Shown: in pieces, positions 49,103 to 58,743 of the stretch
How the letters are laid out: each line of letters opens with the position of its first letter
Position numbering within the stretch: position 1 is the stretch's first letter
IMG/VR virus record: IMGVR_UViG_3300036820_000008
Location: 30,580 to 94,579 of that record
Reading direction: 5' to 3' (one strand)
Origin: a virus
DNA: 64,000 bases
Program-made: the position numbers and the translations under genes
Notes under the pieces: model-generated
Told to the model about the DNA's origin: nothing
What the model saw: only the letters and a program-made list of their open reading frames with translations
The model's database searches: none

Positions 49103-49578
49103 TGGGGAACATACGCATAAAGTTCGATGTGTCTCTGCACGGAGCAATTGCGGACGACATGGTCGAGCCCATACTGGACCGATATGCGCATCATCTTGAG
49201 GGTGTGCTGGCCGATAAGGGCGTCGCCATGATCCGCGCCTACCTGCCCACACAGTACATGTACCTCGGGGCCAATGGCGGAGACCCGTTCCGTAACCGCG
49301 TGCCTCCAGGTGCCGGGCACCTTGTCACAACGATCCACGATATATCCGTTGCAGATTATGCCCTGATCGTCCAGGACGAGGGGGTGTACGGGCCATGGAT
49401 CGAGGGCGAGGCTATAGGCAACAACTTCTTCTGGCCCGGTCGGGTTAGGCGTGGTCTGTCACCAAGATTCTCTGGGTATCACACATTCAGGAAAATCGCC
49501 GACGCCCTGGATGACATGGCCGAGGAAGTTGCCGAGGAAGAGATACAATATTACATTCGAGAGATAAATAACTACTGA
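49102..49578 (+). CDS. Neck or tail-completion protein
   Basis: VYGPWIEG...RFSGYHTFR; position. Confidence 0.7.
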   Translation: MGNIRIKFDVSLHGAIADDMVEPILDRYAHHLEGVLADKGVAMIRAYLPTQYMYLGANGGDPFRNRVPPGAGHLVTTIHDISVADYALIVQDEGVYGPWIEGEAIGNNFFWPGRVRRGLSPRFSGYHTFRKIADALDDMAEEVAEEEIQYYIREINNY

Positions 49579-50063
49579 TGGCAAATTTCGACGCAGATGC
49601 GATAAATGACATAATAGACAAGATAACGAGTTTCGAACTCGGACTTGCGATATTCGACTCTGTCAACCTACACGAGCCGAAGAGCGCTCCTGGAACGGGC
49701 ATAACGTGCTCTGTGTGGTGTCAGTCGATCAAGCCAGTGCCGGAAGCATCCGGCCTCGCGTCGACGTCAGGTGTCGTATTGTTTGCCTGTCGTATATACA
49801 TGCCATTCACATCTCAGCCTTATGACATGATTGATCCTCAGGTCATGTCTGCAACCACAGATACCATCGGTGAGCTAAGCGGCAATTTTGACTTCGGCGG
49901 AGACTCTGGGGTGAGAGCTCTAGACCTTCTGGGGATGTACGGAACATCAATCTCCGCAACGGCGGGGTATGTAGAGATAGACAGGAAGATGTTCAGAATT
50001 ATGACCATCAACATTCCTGTGATAGTTAACGACATGTGGGCGCAATCCGTATCCGTATCCTGA
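49578..50063 (+). CDS. Tail terminator-like protein
   Basis: VNLHEPKSAPG, DLLG..G, R.M.I..P.IVND.W. Confidence 0.72.
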   Translation: MANFDADAINDIIDKITSFELGLAIFDSVNLHEPKSAPGTGITCSVWCQSIKPVPEASGLASTSGVVLFACRIYMPFTSQPYDMIDPQVMSATTDTIGELSGNFDFGGDSGVRALDLLGMYGTSISATAGYVEIDRKMFRIMTINIPVIVNDMWAQSVSVS

Positions 50064-50078
50064 AGGGGGTAATGCACG

Positions 50079-51023
50079 ATGGCCAAAGCTAGTGGACTCG
50101 GAGACAACTTCTGCATCGGTGGCTTTGATCTATCCGGTGATGTCGCCTCTCTTGACAAGATCAGTGGACCGGTAGCGCCGCTTGAGGCAACGACAATCAA
50201 CGAGTTCGCAGAGGACAGGCTATTCGGTCTGCGATCCGGAACGATGCAGTTCACGACATATTTCGACAACACCGGTACGACAACTGCGCCTGATCTTCCG
50301 GACACGACCGTCCCTCTGGTGAGCACATTCCCCTGGTATGTGTTCGCCACTATCTCCGGTGGCACAGTAACGGAGGTGAATGTCAACGGGGTTAACGTTG
50401 GATCTGGAGACGGAACATACCTGATCCCTCCCCTTGGCACCGTAATTCTCACTTACACCGGGACGCCGACCTGGGTATGGCTAGGAGTCAATGCCGAGCA
50501 TAACGCGCTTTCCACCCTGCCACGGACCGACACTATCGCCACATACCTGCGCGGTACGGCGCTTGGCAATGCAGCAGCATCATGTCTCGGTGTTCAGCTC
50601 AACTATGACCCCACACGCGATAACACCGGAAACCTGACGCTACAGGTAGAAGTTGACGCGGATGGATACGGCCTTGAGTGGGGCATCCAGCTTACGCCTG
50701 GCCTAAGAGCCGATGTCGCCGACACGAACGGCACTTACATCGACAGCGGTGCGGCCTCTTCCTTTGGTGCACAGGCATATTTGCAGCTCGTGGCAATCAT
50801 AGGAACTAGTGTCGATGTAGTCGTTCAGCACTCCCCGGACCACTCAACCTGGGCTACGCTCATTGATTTCGGGAGCAAGACCAACATAGGATCGTTCCGG
50901 GAGGCGCTGTCGAATACGGCTGCAGTGGATCGTTACGTCAGGGTTATCACAACCGGGACGTTCACGTATGCCCAATTCGCAGTGATGTTCAACCGGAACC
51001 AGGTAGCGGGCACGAGGTTCTGA
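50079..51023 (+). CDS. Tail structural protein
   Basis: MAK.SGLGD...DLSGD, GLEWG.QLT.G.R. Confidence 0.72.
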   Translation: MAKASGLGDNFCIGGFDLSGDVASLDKISGPVAPLEATTINEFAEDRLFGLRSGTMQFTTYFDNTGTTTAPDLPDTTVPLVSTFPWYVFATISGGTVTEVNVNGVNVGSGDGTYLIPPLGTVILTYTGTPTWVWLGVNAEHNALSTLPRTDTIATYLRGTALGNAAASCLGVQLNYDPTRDNTGNLTLQVEVDADGYGLEWGIQLTPGLRADVADTNGTYIDSGAASSFGAQAYLQLVAIIGTSVDVVVQHSPDHSTWATLIDFGSKTNIGSFREALSNTAAVDRYVRVITTGTFTYAQFAVMFNRNQVAGTRF

Positions 51024-51490
51024 TGACAAGATGGAACAAGGCGCACAACCGTTTCGAGTCTAGCCTTCCGCCGGAGCGTGTTAAGACATACTCGATGACC
51101 GCTCCCCTAAGCTCGCACTGGCGCAGAGCTACATGCCAGGAGTACGAGTGCGAAGGGATCGTAAACGGGTTCGTTATAACAGTGGACACGGGAACTGAAC
51201 TCGGACAGAAGCAGTTTTACTATCTCACGCACGATACCGACCGTAAGTACAGCATGCAGCGTGTCGACCAAACGCTGTTCAAGTTCCTGTACGGCCCAGG
51301 CAATCCGTGCTTCCGTAGGGGCGATCATCGTGTCCCCATCGGACGTCCACCATTTTACCTGGTGGCAGAAGGTGACTGGCGTGGCAATCCGCGCGGTACC
51401 CCGGCTTTCCGTCACAGGAGGGTCGAGGATTGGGTGGATGAATTCGCCAATCACCAGAATTCAATTGCAGCAGCGATCAAGAGGGGATAG
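51023..51490 (+). CDS. Tail-region protein
   Basis: Coupled; GDWRGNP...DWVDEF. Confidence 0.7.
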   Translation: MTRWNKAHNRFESSLPPERVKTYSMTAPLSSHWRRATCQEYECEGIVNGFVITVDTGTELGQKQFYYLTHDTDRKYSMQRVDQTLFKFLYGPGNPCFRRGDHRVPIGRPPFYLVAEGDWRGNPRGTPAFRHRRVEDWVDEFANHQNSIAAAIKRG

Positions 51491-51496
51491 CCCAAC

Positions 51497-51910
51497 ATGG
51501 CAAAGACTAGCGGCCTTGGCGGCATTATCGTCGTCGGGGACAGCTCCAACACTCCGCAGACGATCACGAACGACGTCACCAACTGGTCGTTCACCAATCC
51601 GCGTAACACCCAGGACATCACGGGCGTCGACAAGTTTGCGAACGAGACCCTGCTCTTGCTCGCCGACTTCACCGTCACCCTGAACGGCGTGTTCAACACT
51701 GCGTCCGACATGAGTCACGCGGTGTTCTCGACCATTACCACGAACAGCACGTATCGGACGGTGAGCATCTACCCGATCGGCGGCGATACGCCGGTCATGC
51801 AGAACAACTGCATGCTCACCGACTACCAGATCACGCGTGACAATACCGGTGAGCTTACCTGGCAGGTTCCGGGGCAGCTCGCGGATGGCACGGTCCCAAC
51901 CTGGGCGTAG
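51497..51910 (+). CDS. Major tail tube protein
   Basis: NDVTN, QDITGVDK...LLLLAD, GELTW, DGTVPTW; strong codon bias. Confidence 0.8.
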   Translation: MAKTSGLGGIIVVGDSSNTPQTITNDVTNWSFTNPRNTQDITGVDKFANETLLLLADFTVTLNGVFNTASDMSHAVFSTITTNSTYRTVSIYPIGGDTPVMQNNCMLTDYQITRDNTGELTWQVPGQLADGTVPTWA

Positions 51911-51985
51911 CCGCCTATGCAAGACCTGTTCCTTCTACTCCAGCTACTTCTATCGATAACCTATGTAATAGCAACGGAGGCTGCG

Positions 51986-52420
51986 GTGGGATTTACACCG
52001 GAACCAACAGTGTACACTCTCGAGTTCGAGGAGGGGACGCCGTTGCATGGACTGGTGGTAAAAGCGTCTCCTTGCACGATCGGGGAGTGGAATGACATGC
52101 TGCGCATGAGCGGTGAGACCAGAACCAACCTGAGGGAAACCGCCGATTCGAACGAGCGCGTAGCAGAACTCATGCTCAGCCACCTCGTTAGCTGGAACCT
52201 GGAGATCCCGACGGGAACTCCAGTTCCGGCCACCCAGGAAGGCTTCCGTCTACTCGAGAATCCTCACGGAAGCATGATCATCTCTGCTTGGCAGAGGGCG
52301 ATGGTCGATGTCCCTACGAACTCGCCGAAGAGCTCAGATTCTGGCAAGATTTCGGCGGAAGAACAACTCGGACTGGGGAATTCATCGGAAAGCCTCCCGA
52401 ACTGGGGCGGGCCGAGCTGA
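51986..52420 (+). CDS. Tail assembly chaperone
   Basis: LVSWNLE...G.PVP; GGAGG RBS; before the tape measure gene. Confidence 0.75.
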   Translation: MGFTPEPTVYTLEFEEGTPLHGLVVKASPCTIGEWNDMLRMSGETRTNLRETADSNERVAELMLSHLVSWNLEIPTGTPVPATQEGFRLLENPHGSMIISAWQRAMVDVPTNSPKSSDSGKISAEEQLGLGNSSESLPNWGGPS

Positions 52421-52536
52421 TCGTTGGAATGTGCCAGCGTTTCAACTCCCTACCTAGGGCAGGAGGCATACTAGATCAGCCAGCAGACTTCATCAGAATG
52501 CTCAAGATAGTCCAGATGGGCTCCAGGAAGGAATGA
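52288..52536 (+). CDS. Tail assembly chaperone extension (-1 frame)
   Basis: C.RF.SLP..GGILDQP; overlaps the TAC 3' end in the -1 frame. Confidence 0.6.
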   Translation: MAEGDGRCPYELAEELRFWQDFGGRTTRTGEFIGKPPELGRAELIVGMCQRFNSLPRAGGILDQPADFIRMLKIVQMGSRKE

Positions 52537-52543
52537 CTTCGCA

Positions 52544-55500
52544 ATGCCGAACGAAGTCAATATCCGCATAACTGCAAACGACATGACGAACTCCGCGTTC
52601 GCTGGTGTCATGGGTCGTCTCGCTGCCGTCAAGAAGGCTGCAGATGATGCAGCAGTTAACCGGAACATCAGTTTCGGGATCGGTGATATCCTGGGCAAAT
52701 TGGCAGAAGTAAAGGCAGCGGCTGACGATGCTGCAGCTGGCGATAGACAGATCAGTTTCGGGGTGGGCAATGCCCTGACGAATATCGCAGCACTTGACGC
52801 TGCTGTACAGGGCGTTGCCAATGGCGGAGAGATCAAATTCGGCATTGGTGACGCCCTGGGGGAGATTGAGACCCTGAAGGCTGCTATGTCGGGCATGAGC
52901 TTCGGCAATGTGGATGTCAGTAAGCTAGGCGTCGCACTCTCGGCTCTTCGGTCCAAGCTGCAGTCAATGGGTATCGCTGACCTGGCTGACATCGACGTTC
53001 AGCCGGGTAAGATCATGACGCAGCTCCAGCTGCTTAAGCGTTTGATTCAGCAGGCCGGTATATCAGACGTTCTTGACTTCAACCTTAACTCCGGCCAGTT
53101 GATGGACCAACTGCAGAAACTCGGCAACATAAGTTATGACATCCCCGTTAATTATGATGTCGGACAGATACCGAAGCTGCAGGAAGAATTTACGGTACCG
53201 ATAAAATTCGACACCAGTAATATTCCGAAATTCGGAGAGACAGTCGATCTACCCGTCGACCTGGTGCCGCACAACATAAGCGCCCTTGAACAGATGGTTA
53301 TTGACATGCCCGTCAATTTCGATCTTGGGAAGGTGCCAAAGCTCGGCGAAACCGTTGATCTGCCTGTTACTTTTGTGCCTCAGAATCTTGCTGAACTACG
53401 TGCTGTACTGGACATACCCGTTGATCTTGTCCCCCTGAACCTTGGCGCAATAGAGCAGGCAATAAATCTTCCTGTTGTCCTGGACCTTGCTTCCATAGGA
53501 TCAGGTGCTGCCGAGTCATCCCTTGGCGCGCTAAAGGATGATATATCCCAGGTTGATACGGCCATAAAAAGCGTCGTGTTTGACTCTAAGATAATGGCAT
53601 CTTCCATATTCAGGAATGCCGGCATCCTAACAAACCTAAGCATTGCAGCCGAGGATGTCGCAAAAGCTGAGGTAGAGCTGGGCGGTGCGATCGGAGACGT
53701 CACTGACGACACTGCTGCCCTTGCAAAGGCAGTTAACGAATCTGCAGAATCTGTCAGCAAATTTGGCACTTATGTAGGGGATGCTGCAGCTACCACAGAA
53801 GGCGTCAAGAACGACCTCCCATCTACGACAAAGGCCATACTAGATATGGCCGACTCCCTGCAGCAAGGAGAAAAGTACGCCGGAGGGCTTGGCGATGCAT
53901 TCTTCAATATGGCTCCCCATGTCAATGTGTTCGGGAACTATGTCATAGACCAGCTTATTCCGGCAATGACCCACTTCGGTAGTGAGTCTGCCATGCTAAC
54001 GAACGTCGCGTTGTCCGGGCTCGGCTCGGCACTAGTTGCTGTTGGCGTGAAGATGGGCAAGCTGAATGACAATGTGTCCCTGGGCCTTCCCATGTGGAAG
54101 TCGACCGGCGGATACTGGGGCATTCTGACAGGACACCTTGAGCTTTTCGGAGGCGCGCTAACGCAGATAGGCGTGCCGTCCATAATTGCAACTGCAAGTG
54201 GTTTGCACATTCTTACAGACGCCATCATTGAGGTGTCCGCAACTCTGATCCCGGCTATTGTCGGTCTAGGCGCGTTCGCGGCAGCAGGAGTTGATACTGC
54301 TGACGAGGTATACACGCACTTCCAGGCTCTTGACAAGGTCAATGATGAACTTAGCGGGTCTATGTATCCGCTTACCGGTGCATTTGGCAAGATGAATGAA
54401 GCCGCTCAGCCTGAAGTGTACGTACTTCTTGGAGAGGGTCTCCAGGTAGTCGCCAAGAACTCCGGGCTTCTGCAGAATGTTGCATTGCAGGCTGGCAAGG
54501 CACTGGACGATCTTGGCGCCAGATTTACATACGCCATGAACAATGGTGACGGTTTTGGCGTGTTCATGAAGAACTCTGCATCCGACATAACGGGCTGGGG
54601 AACCCTGATAGGGAATATCGGCGGCATCCTCGGCAACTTCCTGAAGATCATGCCAGGGTATGCAGAGATCATCCTACAGGCTGCAGACGACACCACACAA
54701 TTTGTAGAGTCTCTAACTTCAAACAATATTGTGCAGGCCATAGGTGCCGTAGGCCTCGCGATGCACGGTGCGATCCTGTACATCGGCATCCTTGGAACTG
54801 GATTCGCTAAGCTAGCGTCTGGCATCCTAACTACGGCTGCTGCCGGTGCATACAAGCTAGCTGACGGACTTAGTGCAATTGGCATATCCGGAGCTGACGC
54901 GGCAGTTGTTGGATTCACAGATGCTGCCGAGGGTGCGGCTGCTTTGCCATGGGGATGGATCGGAATAGCAGCAGCTGGCGTCGGCGTCCTAGTATATGAC
55001 CTGATCAATGCTGGCGATGCCATGAACGCATTCGCCTCAGCGGTGCAGAACAAGATAACGAGCACCCCGATTCAGAATCTCGGGGATACAATCAAGAATA
55101 CGCTAGCGACTTCTATCGTAGATGTCCAGAAGGCGACGCTAAACTGGTATACCGTACTCGGAGAGACGCAGTACTATAACACGAGCATCACGAAGACTGC
55201 AGCACAGGCGCAGGCATTTGACAATGCAACGCAGTCCCTGGCCAACTACAAGGCTACCGTAGTTGTTGCCCGGCAGGACCTCGCAACGTACAACTCCAAT
55301 ATGGCATATGCGGCACAGGTCCTAGGCGGCACCAAGGCGGCTCTGGTTGACCTTACCGGGGCTGGCGTCACTAGCGCCCAGATGCTAACGAAAAACAAGC
55401 AGTCTCTGGCTGAAGCAGTCATCGAGGCTGAAGGGTACAATCAGGCGATACGCGCGGTTAGCGATGGCACGGGGCGGTTTGCAGCAGCGCTCAATGCTCT

Positions 55501-58216
55501 GTCTGGACCGGAGCAGTATCTGGGCGACATGCTACACTCGATTCAGTCTATCACGCAGGCTCAGGACAATCTGATCCAGATCGTGACTTCGAGCGAGAAC
55601 GCATTTGACACTTTTGGCCTGGGACAGGCAACTATAGCAAGTAACTTCACTGCTGCGGCAAAGGCTGCCGGTACCGCTACTCACAGTCTTGATGGGGTTA
55701 CGTCGAAGGTCTCTCTGGCCGGAGCGGCGATTGGCGGTCTCAGCCAGGCTAGCCTAACCCTGAACCAGTCGTTCTATTCTCAGGTTACTTCCGGACAGAG
55801 CCTCATCGACTCTTTGGAGCAACAGGAAGCTACTACCACAGACCTGACGACAGCTACTGCGACTATATCTAAGCAGCTCCTCCAGTATGCCGGGAACAAC
55901 ACGGCGGCTCGAGCAACAATTGTCGCGCTGATCAACGATGCGCTCGGACCGAACACCGTTAGCCTGCAGAACCTTAATACATGGGTGAAGAACAACAGTA
56001 CATCGATGCAGGGTCTTGACAGCATCGTAACTAAGGCCACCCTGAATGCCGGCAATCTTGCGAATGTCTTGAAGAGCGATCTCACGCAGCAATTTCAGGC
56101 AGACGTGCTCGCGTCGTCCGGAGCTACCGGAGAACTCAAGAAGTTCACGGATGCAGTTGTAAATGGCGGCGGAGACACAAAAGCATATGAATCTACCAGA
56201 AAGCAACTCATAACAGATCTAGAGAACACAGGTGAGTCTGCAAAGGAAGCCATATCGTACGTAGATGGCCTTACCGACTCCCTCGGCAAGCTGCCAAAGT
56301 CAATTGCGACAAGCATAGACATCGTGGCGGCCGGTAGCGGAGTGCTGACTGCTAGTGGTACGGCAGCTGGCCAGAAGATCAGCGACATGATTGACTTCAA
56401 GGCTGCCGGCGGATCCATCATCGGACCGGGTGGCCCCAAGGCCGATAAGATCCCGATCTGGGCCAGCAATGGCGAATTCATGATGCAGGCCAATGCCGTC
56501 AATAAGTATGGCATAGGATTCATGGACGCCGTTAACTCCGGTAGATATGCAGGTGGCGGATCGATAAACCTCGGTGGAGCCACTAACTGGATGACCGGAG
56601 TGGCCGACGATTGGGCCGCTACGTCCGCAGAGAACTTTATGCAGAAGAGCATAGAGGGATGGAAGACCGTATACCAGAACGCTAATAGGGTAGGCGTTGG
56701 GCCAGGCTCCCCAACCGGTGCCGGGGGTGGCGGTAACCCATCCGCGAACTCCGCGCTAGCTCGGGCTATATTCCCTCAGTACACAAGCGATCCTACGATC
56801 TGGAATGCCTGGAATTACGTCGCGATGCGTGAGTCTGGGTGGAACCAGTACGCTGACAACCCGAGCTCTGGTGCGTATGGCATAGGTCAGGCTCTGCCGT
56901 ATACCAAGATGCCCAAGGCAGCATGGCCTTCGTGGGCCGGAGGATCTAGCGACCCCAGGACACAGATTCTGTGGATGTGGGATTACATGGCGCAGAGGTA
57001 CGGCGGCCCGTATGGCGCTGCGGCCCATGAGAAGGAGTACAACTGGTATGCTACGGGCGGTCTCGTGGAAGCAGCCAAGAAGAAGGTTCTGGCGTTCGGG
57101 GCGTCCACCACTCAGGGCTACGGGGCGACCAAGGGTCATGACTATGTCTCTGACCTTATCGGTCTGGTCGGTGGCAAGTATGACATCATCAACGCCGGAC
57201 TAGCGGGCAACGAGATACTTTCCTCGGCCGTCGGCTTGCAGGGTGACAAGCGATTCACCGGATGGCTTGCCGGCATGAAGGCTGCAATCATCTGGGAGGG
57301 CAACGACGACATAGCGGCCGGTGCTAAGGCTGGCCCTATCGAGAGCGGCTACAGGCAGATGCTAGAGAAGGCTCACGCTGACAACATGAAGGTCGTCGGT
57401 GCTACGCTACAGCCCAGCAACTTCCCGGCGGGCGAAGAGAAGCAGCGCCTAGCCGTAAACCAGTGGATAAGAAGTAGCGGTGCATTCGATGCGGTTGCTG
57501 ACTTCGCTGCGGTACTGCGCGACCCCAAGAATTACGACCATATGGCATCTTGGGTGTACAACAAGGGTCAGGTACATGGTGTCCATCCCGGCGACGCCGG
57601 TTACGCGGCCATCGCTCCTGTGGCCGCTTCCGCCCTGAACAAGGTGCTGGCCACGTCTGTGGCAAAGACCGCAAAGACGACGGCCAAGACGCTGAGCCTT
57701 GAATCAGAGGCCACTCTGAAGAACCACTACAAGGAGTATGCGGCTGGCAATAAGAATGCAATGAGCCCGTTCGAAAAGCATCTCTGGCATCTCCTGCACA
57801 TAGGCGATAGTTGGAGCCAGATAGAGAGCATGTATGGCGGAAAGCCGAAGTCGAGTTCCTCGTCAGGGTCGACGAACCTTGACTATGTGTTCAATCCTGG
57901 CACAGGGAATTTTGCGGATGCAGAGAATGGTGCGCTCATACAGGAGATGTTCCGTGCGGGCGGCGGCAGCATAGTCGGAGTTAACTCCGGCACGTATGAT
58001 AATGGCGGCTGGCTACAGCCTGGGTACACAATGGCCTATAACGGGACTGGGCAGCCGGAACAAGTCATGGGCCCGAACAGCGGTGGCGGCCCGATGACTC
58101 TAGAAGTGGTATCAGGAGGACAAAGTGCATTCGAACAGTTCATGCTCCAGGCTATCAGAAACTGGGTCAGAGTCAAGGGAGGCGGAGACGTCCAACGAGC
58201 ATTCGGAAGTAAGTGA
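52544..58216 (+). CDS. Tape measure protein with lytic transglycosylase and SGNH-hydrolase domains
   Basis: 1890 aa, Ala/Gly-rich; RESGWN..A.N.SSGAYGIGQ; FGASTT.G, NAG..GN, EGNDD, GVHP...GY. Confidence 0.92.
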   Translation: MPNEVNIRITANDMTNSAFAGVMGRLAAVKKAADDAAVNRNISFGIGDILGKLAEVKAAADDAAAGDRQISFGVGNALTNIAALDAAVQGVANGGEIKFGIGDALGEIETLKAAMSGMSFGNVDVSKLGVALSALRSKLQSMGIADLADIDVQPGKIMTQLQLLKRLIQQAGISDVLDFNLNSGQLMDQLQKLGNISYDIPVNYDVGQIPKLQEEFTVPIKFDTSNIPKFGETVDLPVDLVPHNISALEQMVIDMPVNFDLGKVPKLGETVDLPVTFVPQNLAELRAVLDIPVDLVPLNLGAIEQAINLPVVLDLASIGSGAAESSLGALKDDISQVDTAIKSVVFDSKIMASSIFRNAGILTNLSIAAEDVAKAEVELGGAIGDVTDDTAALAKAVNESAESVSKFGTYVGDAAATTEGVKNDLPSTTKAILDMADSLQQGEKYAGGLGDAFFNMAPHVNVFGNYVIDQLIPAMTHFGSESAMLTNVALSGLGSALVAVGVKMGKLNDNVSLGLPMWKSTGGYWGILTGHLELFGGALTQIGVPSIIATASGLHILTDAIIEVSATLIPAIVGLGAFAAAGVDTADEVYTHFQALDKVNDELSGSMYPLTGAFGKMNEAAQPEVYVLLGEGLQVVAKNSGLLQNVALQAGKALDDLGARFTYAMNNGDGFGVFMKNSASDITGWGTLIGNIGGILGNFLKIMPGYAEIILQAADDTTQFVESLTSNNIVQAIGAVGLAMHGAILYIGILGTGFAKLASGILTTAAAGAYKLADGLSAIGISGADAAVVGFTDAAEGAAALPWGWIGIAAAGVGVLVYDLINAGDAMNAFASAVQNKITSTPIQNLGDTIKNTLATSIVDVQKATLNWYTVLGETQYYNTSITKTAAQAQAFDNATQSLANYKATVVVARQDLATYNSNMAYAAQVLGGTKAALVDLTGAGVTSAQMLTKNKQSLAEAVIEAEGYNQAIRAVSDGTGRFAAALNALSGPEQYLGDMLHSIQSITQAQDNLIQIVTSSENAFDTFGLGQATIASNFTAAAKAAGTATHSLDGVTSKVSLAGAAIGGLSQASLTLNQSFYSQVTSGQSLIDSLEQQEATTTDLTTATATISKQLLQYAGNNTAARATIVALINDALGPNTVSLQNLNTWVKNNSTSMQGLDSIVTKATLNAGNLANVLKSDLTQQFQADVLASSGATGELKKFTDAVVNGGGDTKAYESTRKQLITDLENTGESAKEAISYVDGLTDSLGKLPKSIATSIDIVAAGSGVLTASGTAAGQKISDMIDFKAAGGSIIGPGGPKADKIPIWASNGEFMMQANAVNKYGIGFMDAVNSGRYAGGGSINLGGATNWMTGVADDWAATSAENFMQKSIEGWKTVYQNANRVGVGPGSPTGAGGGGNPSANSALARAIFPQYTSDPTIWNAWNYVAMRESGWNQYADNPSSGAYGIGQALPYTKMPKAAWPSWAGGSSDPRTQILWMWDYMAQRYGGPYGAAAHEKEYNWYATGGLVEAAKKKVLAFGASTTQGYGATKGHDYVSDLIGLVGGKYDIINAGLAGNEILSSAVGLQGDKRFTGWLAGMKAAIIWEGNDDIAAGAKAGPIESGYRQMLEKAHADNMKVVGATLQPSNFPAGEEKQRLAVNQWIRSSGAFDAVADFAAVLRDPKNYDHMASWVYNKGQVHGVHPGDAGYAAIAPVAASALNKVLATSVAKTAKTTAKTLSLESEATLKNHYKEYAAGNKNAMSPFEKHLWHLLHIGDSWSQIESMYGGKPKSSSSSGSTNLDYVFNPGTGNFADAENGALIQEMFRAGGGSIVGVNSGTYDNGGWLQPGYTMAYNGTGQPEQVMGPNSGGGPMTLEVVSGGQSAFEQFMLQAIRNWVRVKGGGDVQRAFGSK

Positions 58217-58320
58217 AGTTGACGCTGAGGGGACAGAGACCGAAGCGCCACAAGTCATCACGTGCAGCGGCGGTATGAGCATGAGGCCGCTCGGCATGCG
58301 CCAGGTCCCGAAGGCACCCA

Positions 58321-58731
58321 ATGCCTAATAACCCAACGTACTATGACGGGAGCGTAGAAGACTCCGTCAATGCTGTAACGGCCAATCTCGACAGCGGATA
58401 CCTACGCATCTATAGCGGATCGCAGCCTGCCCTCAATGCCTCACTAACCGGCACCCTCCTCGCGTCCCTGACATTTGGCGCGACCGCTTTCGGCGCAGCT
58501 AGTGCTAGCGGTGGGGTGGTGACGGCAACTGCCAACTCTATCGCCAATGAGACGAATGCTGTGAGTGGTACGGCCGGATACTTTGCTTTGGTCGAGAGTG
58601 ATGGGTCAACAGTTGTAGGGACAGGCACGGTAGGCACCGCTGGTTCCGACTTGAATATGTCTAGCATTGTGTTCTCAAGCGGCGCTACCGTTGCATGCTC
58701 CAGCTTCTCCATCGTCCAGCCTGAGACATAA
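58321..58731 (+). CDS. Minor tail protein
   Basis: LRIYSGSQP...GTAGYF...G.VGT.GSDL. Confidence 0.75.
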   Translation: MPNNPTYYDGSVEDSVNAVTANLDSGYLRIYSGSQPALNASLTGTLLASLTFGATAFGAASASGGVVTATANSIANETNAVSGTAGYFALVESDGSTVVGTGTVGTAGSDLNMSSIVFSSGATVACSSFSIVQPET

Positions 58732-58743
58732 GAGAAGATCTGA

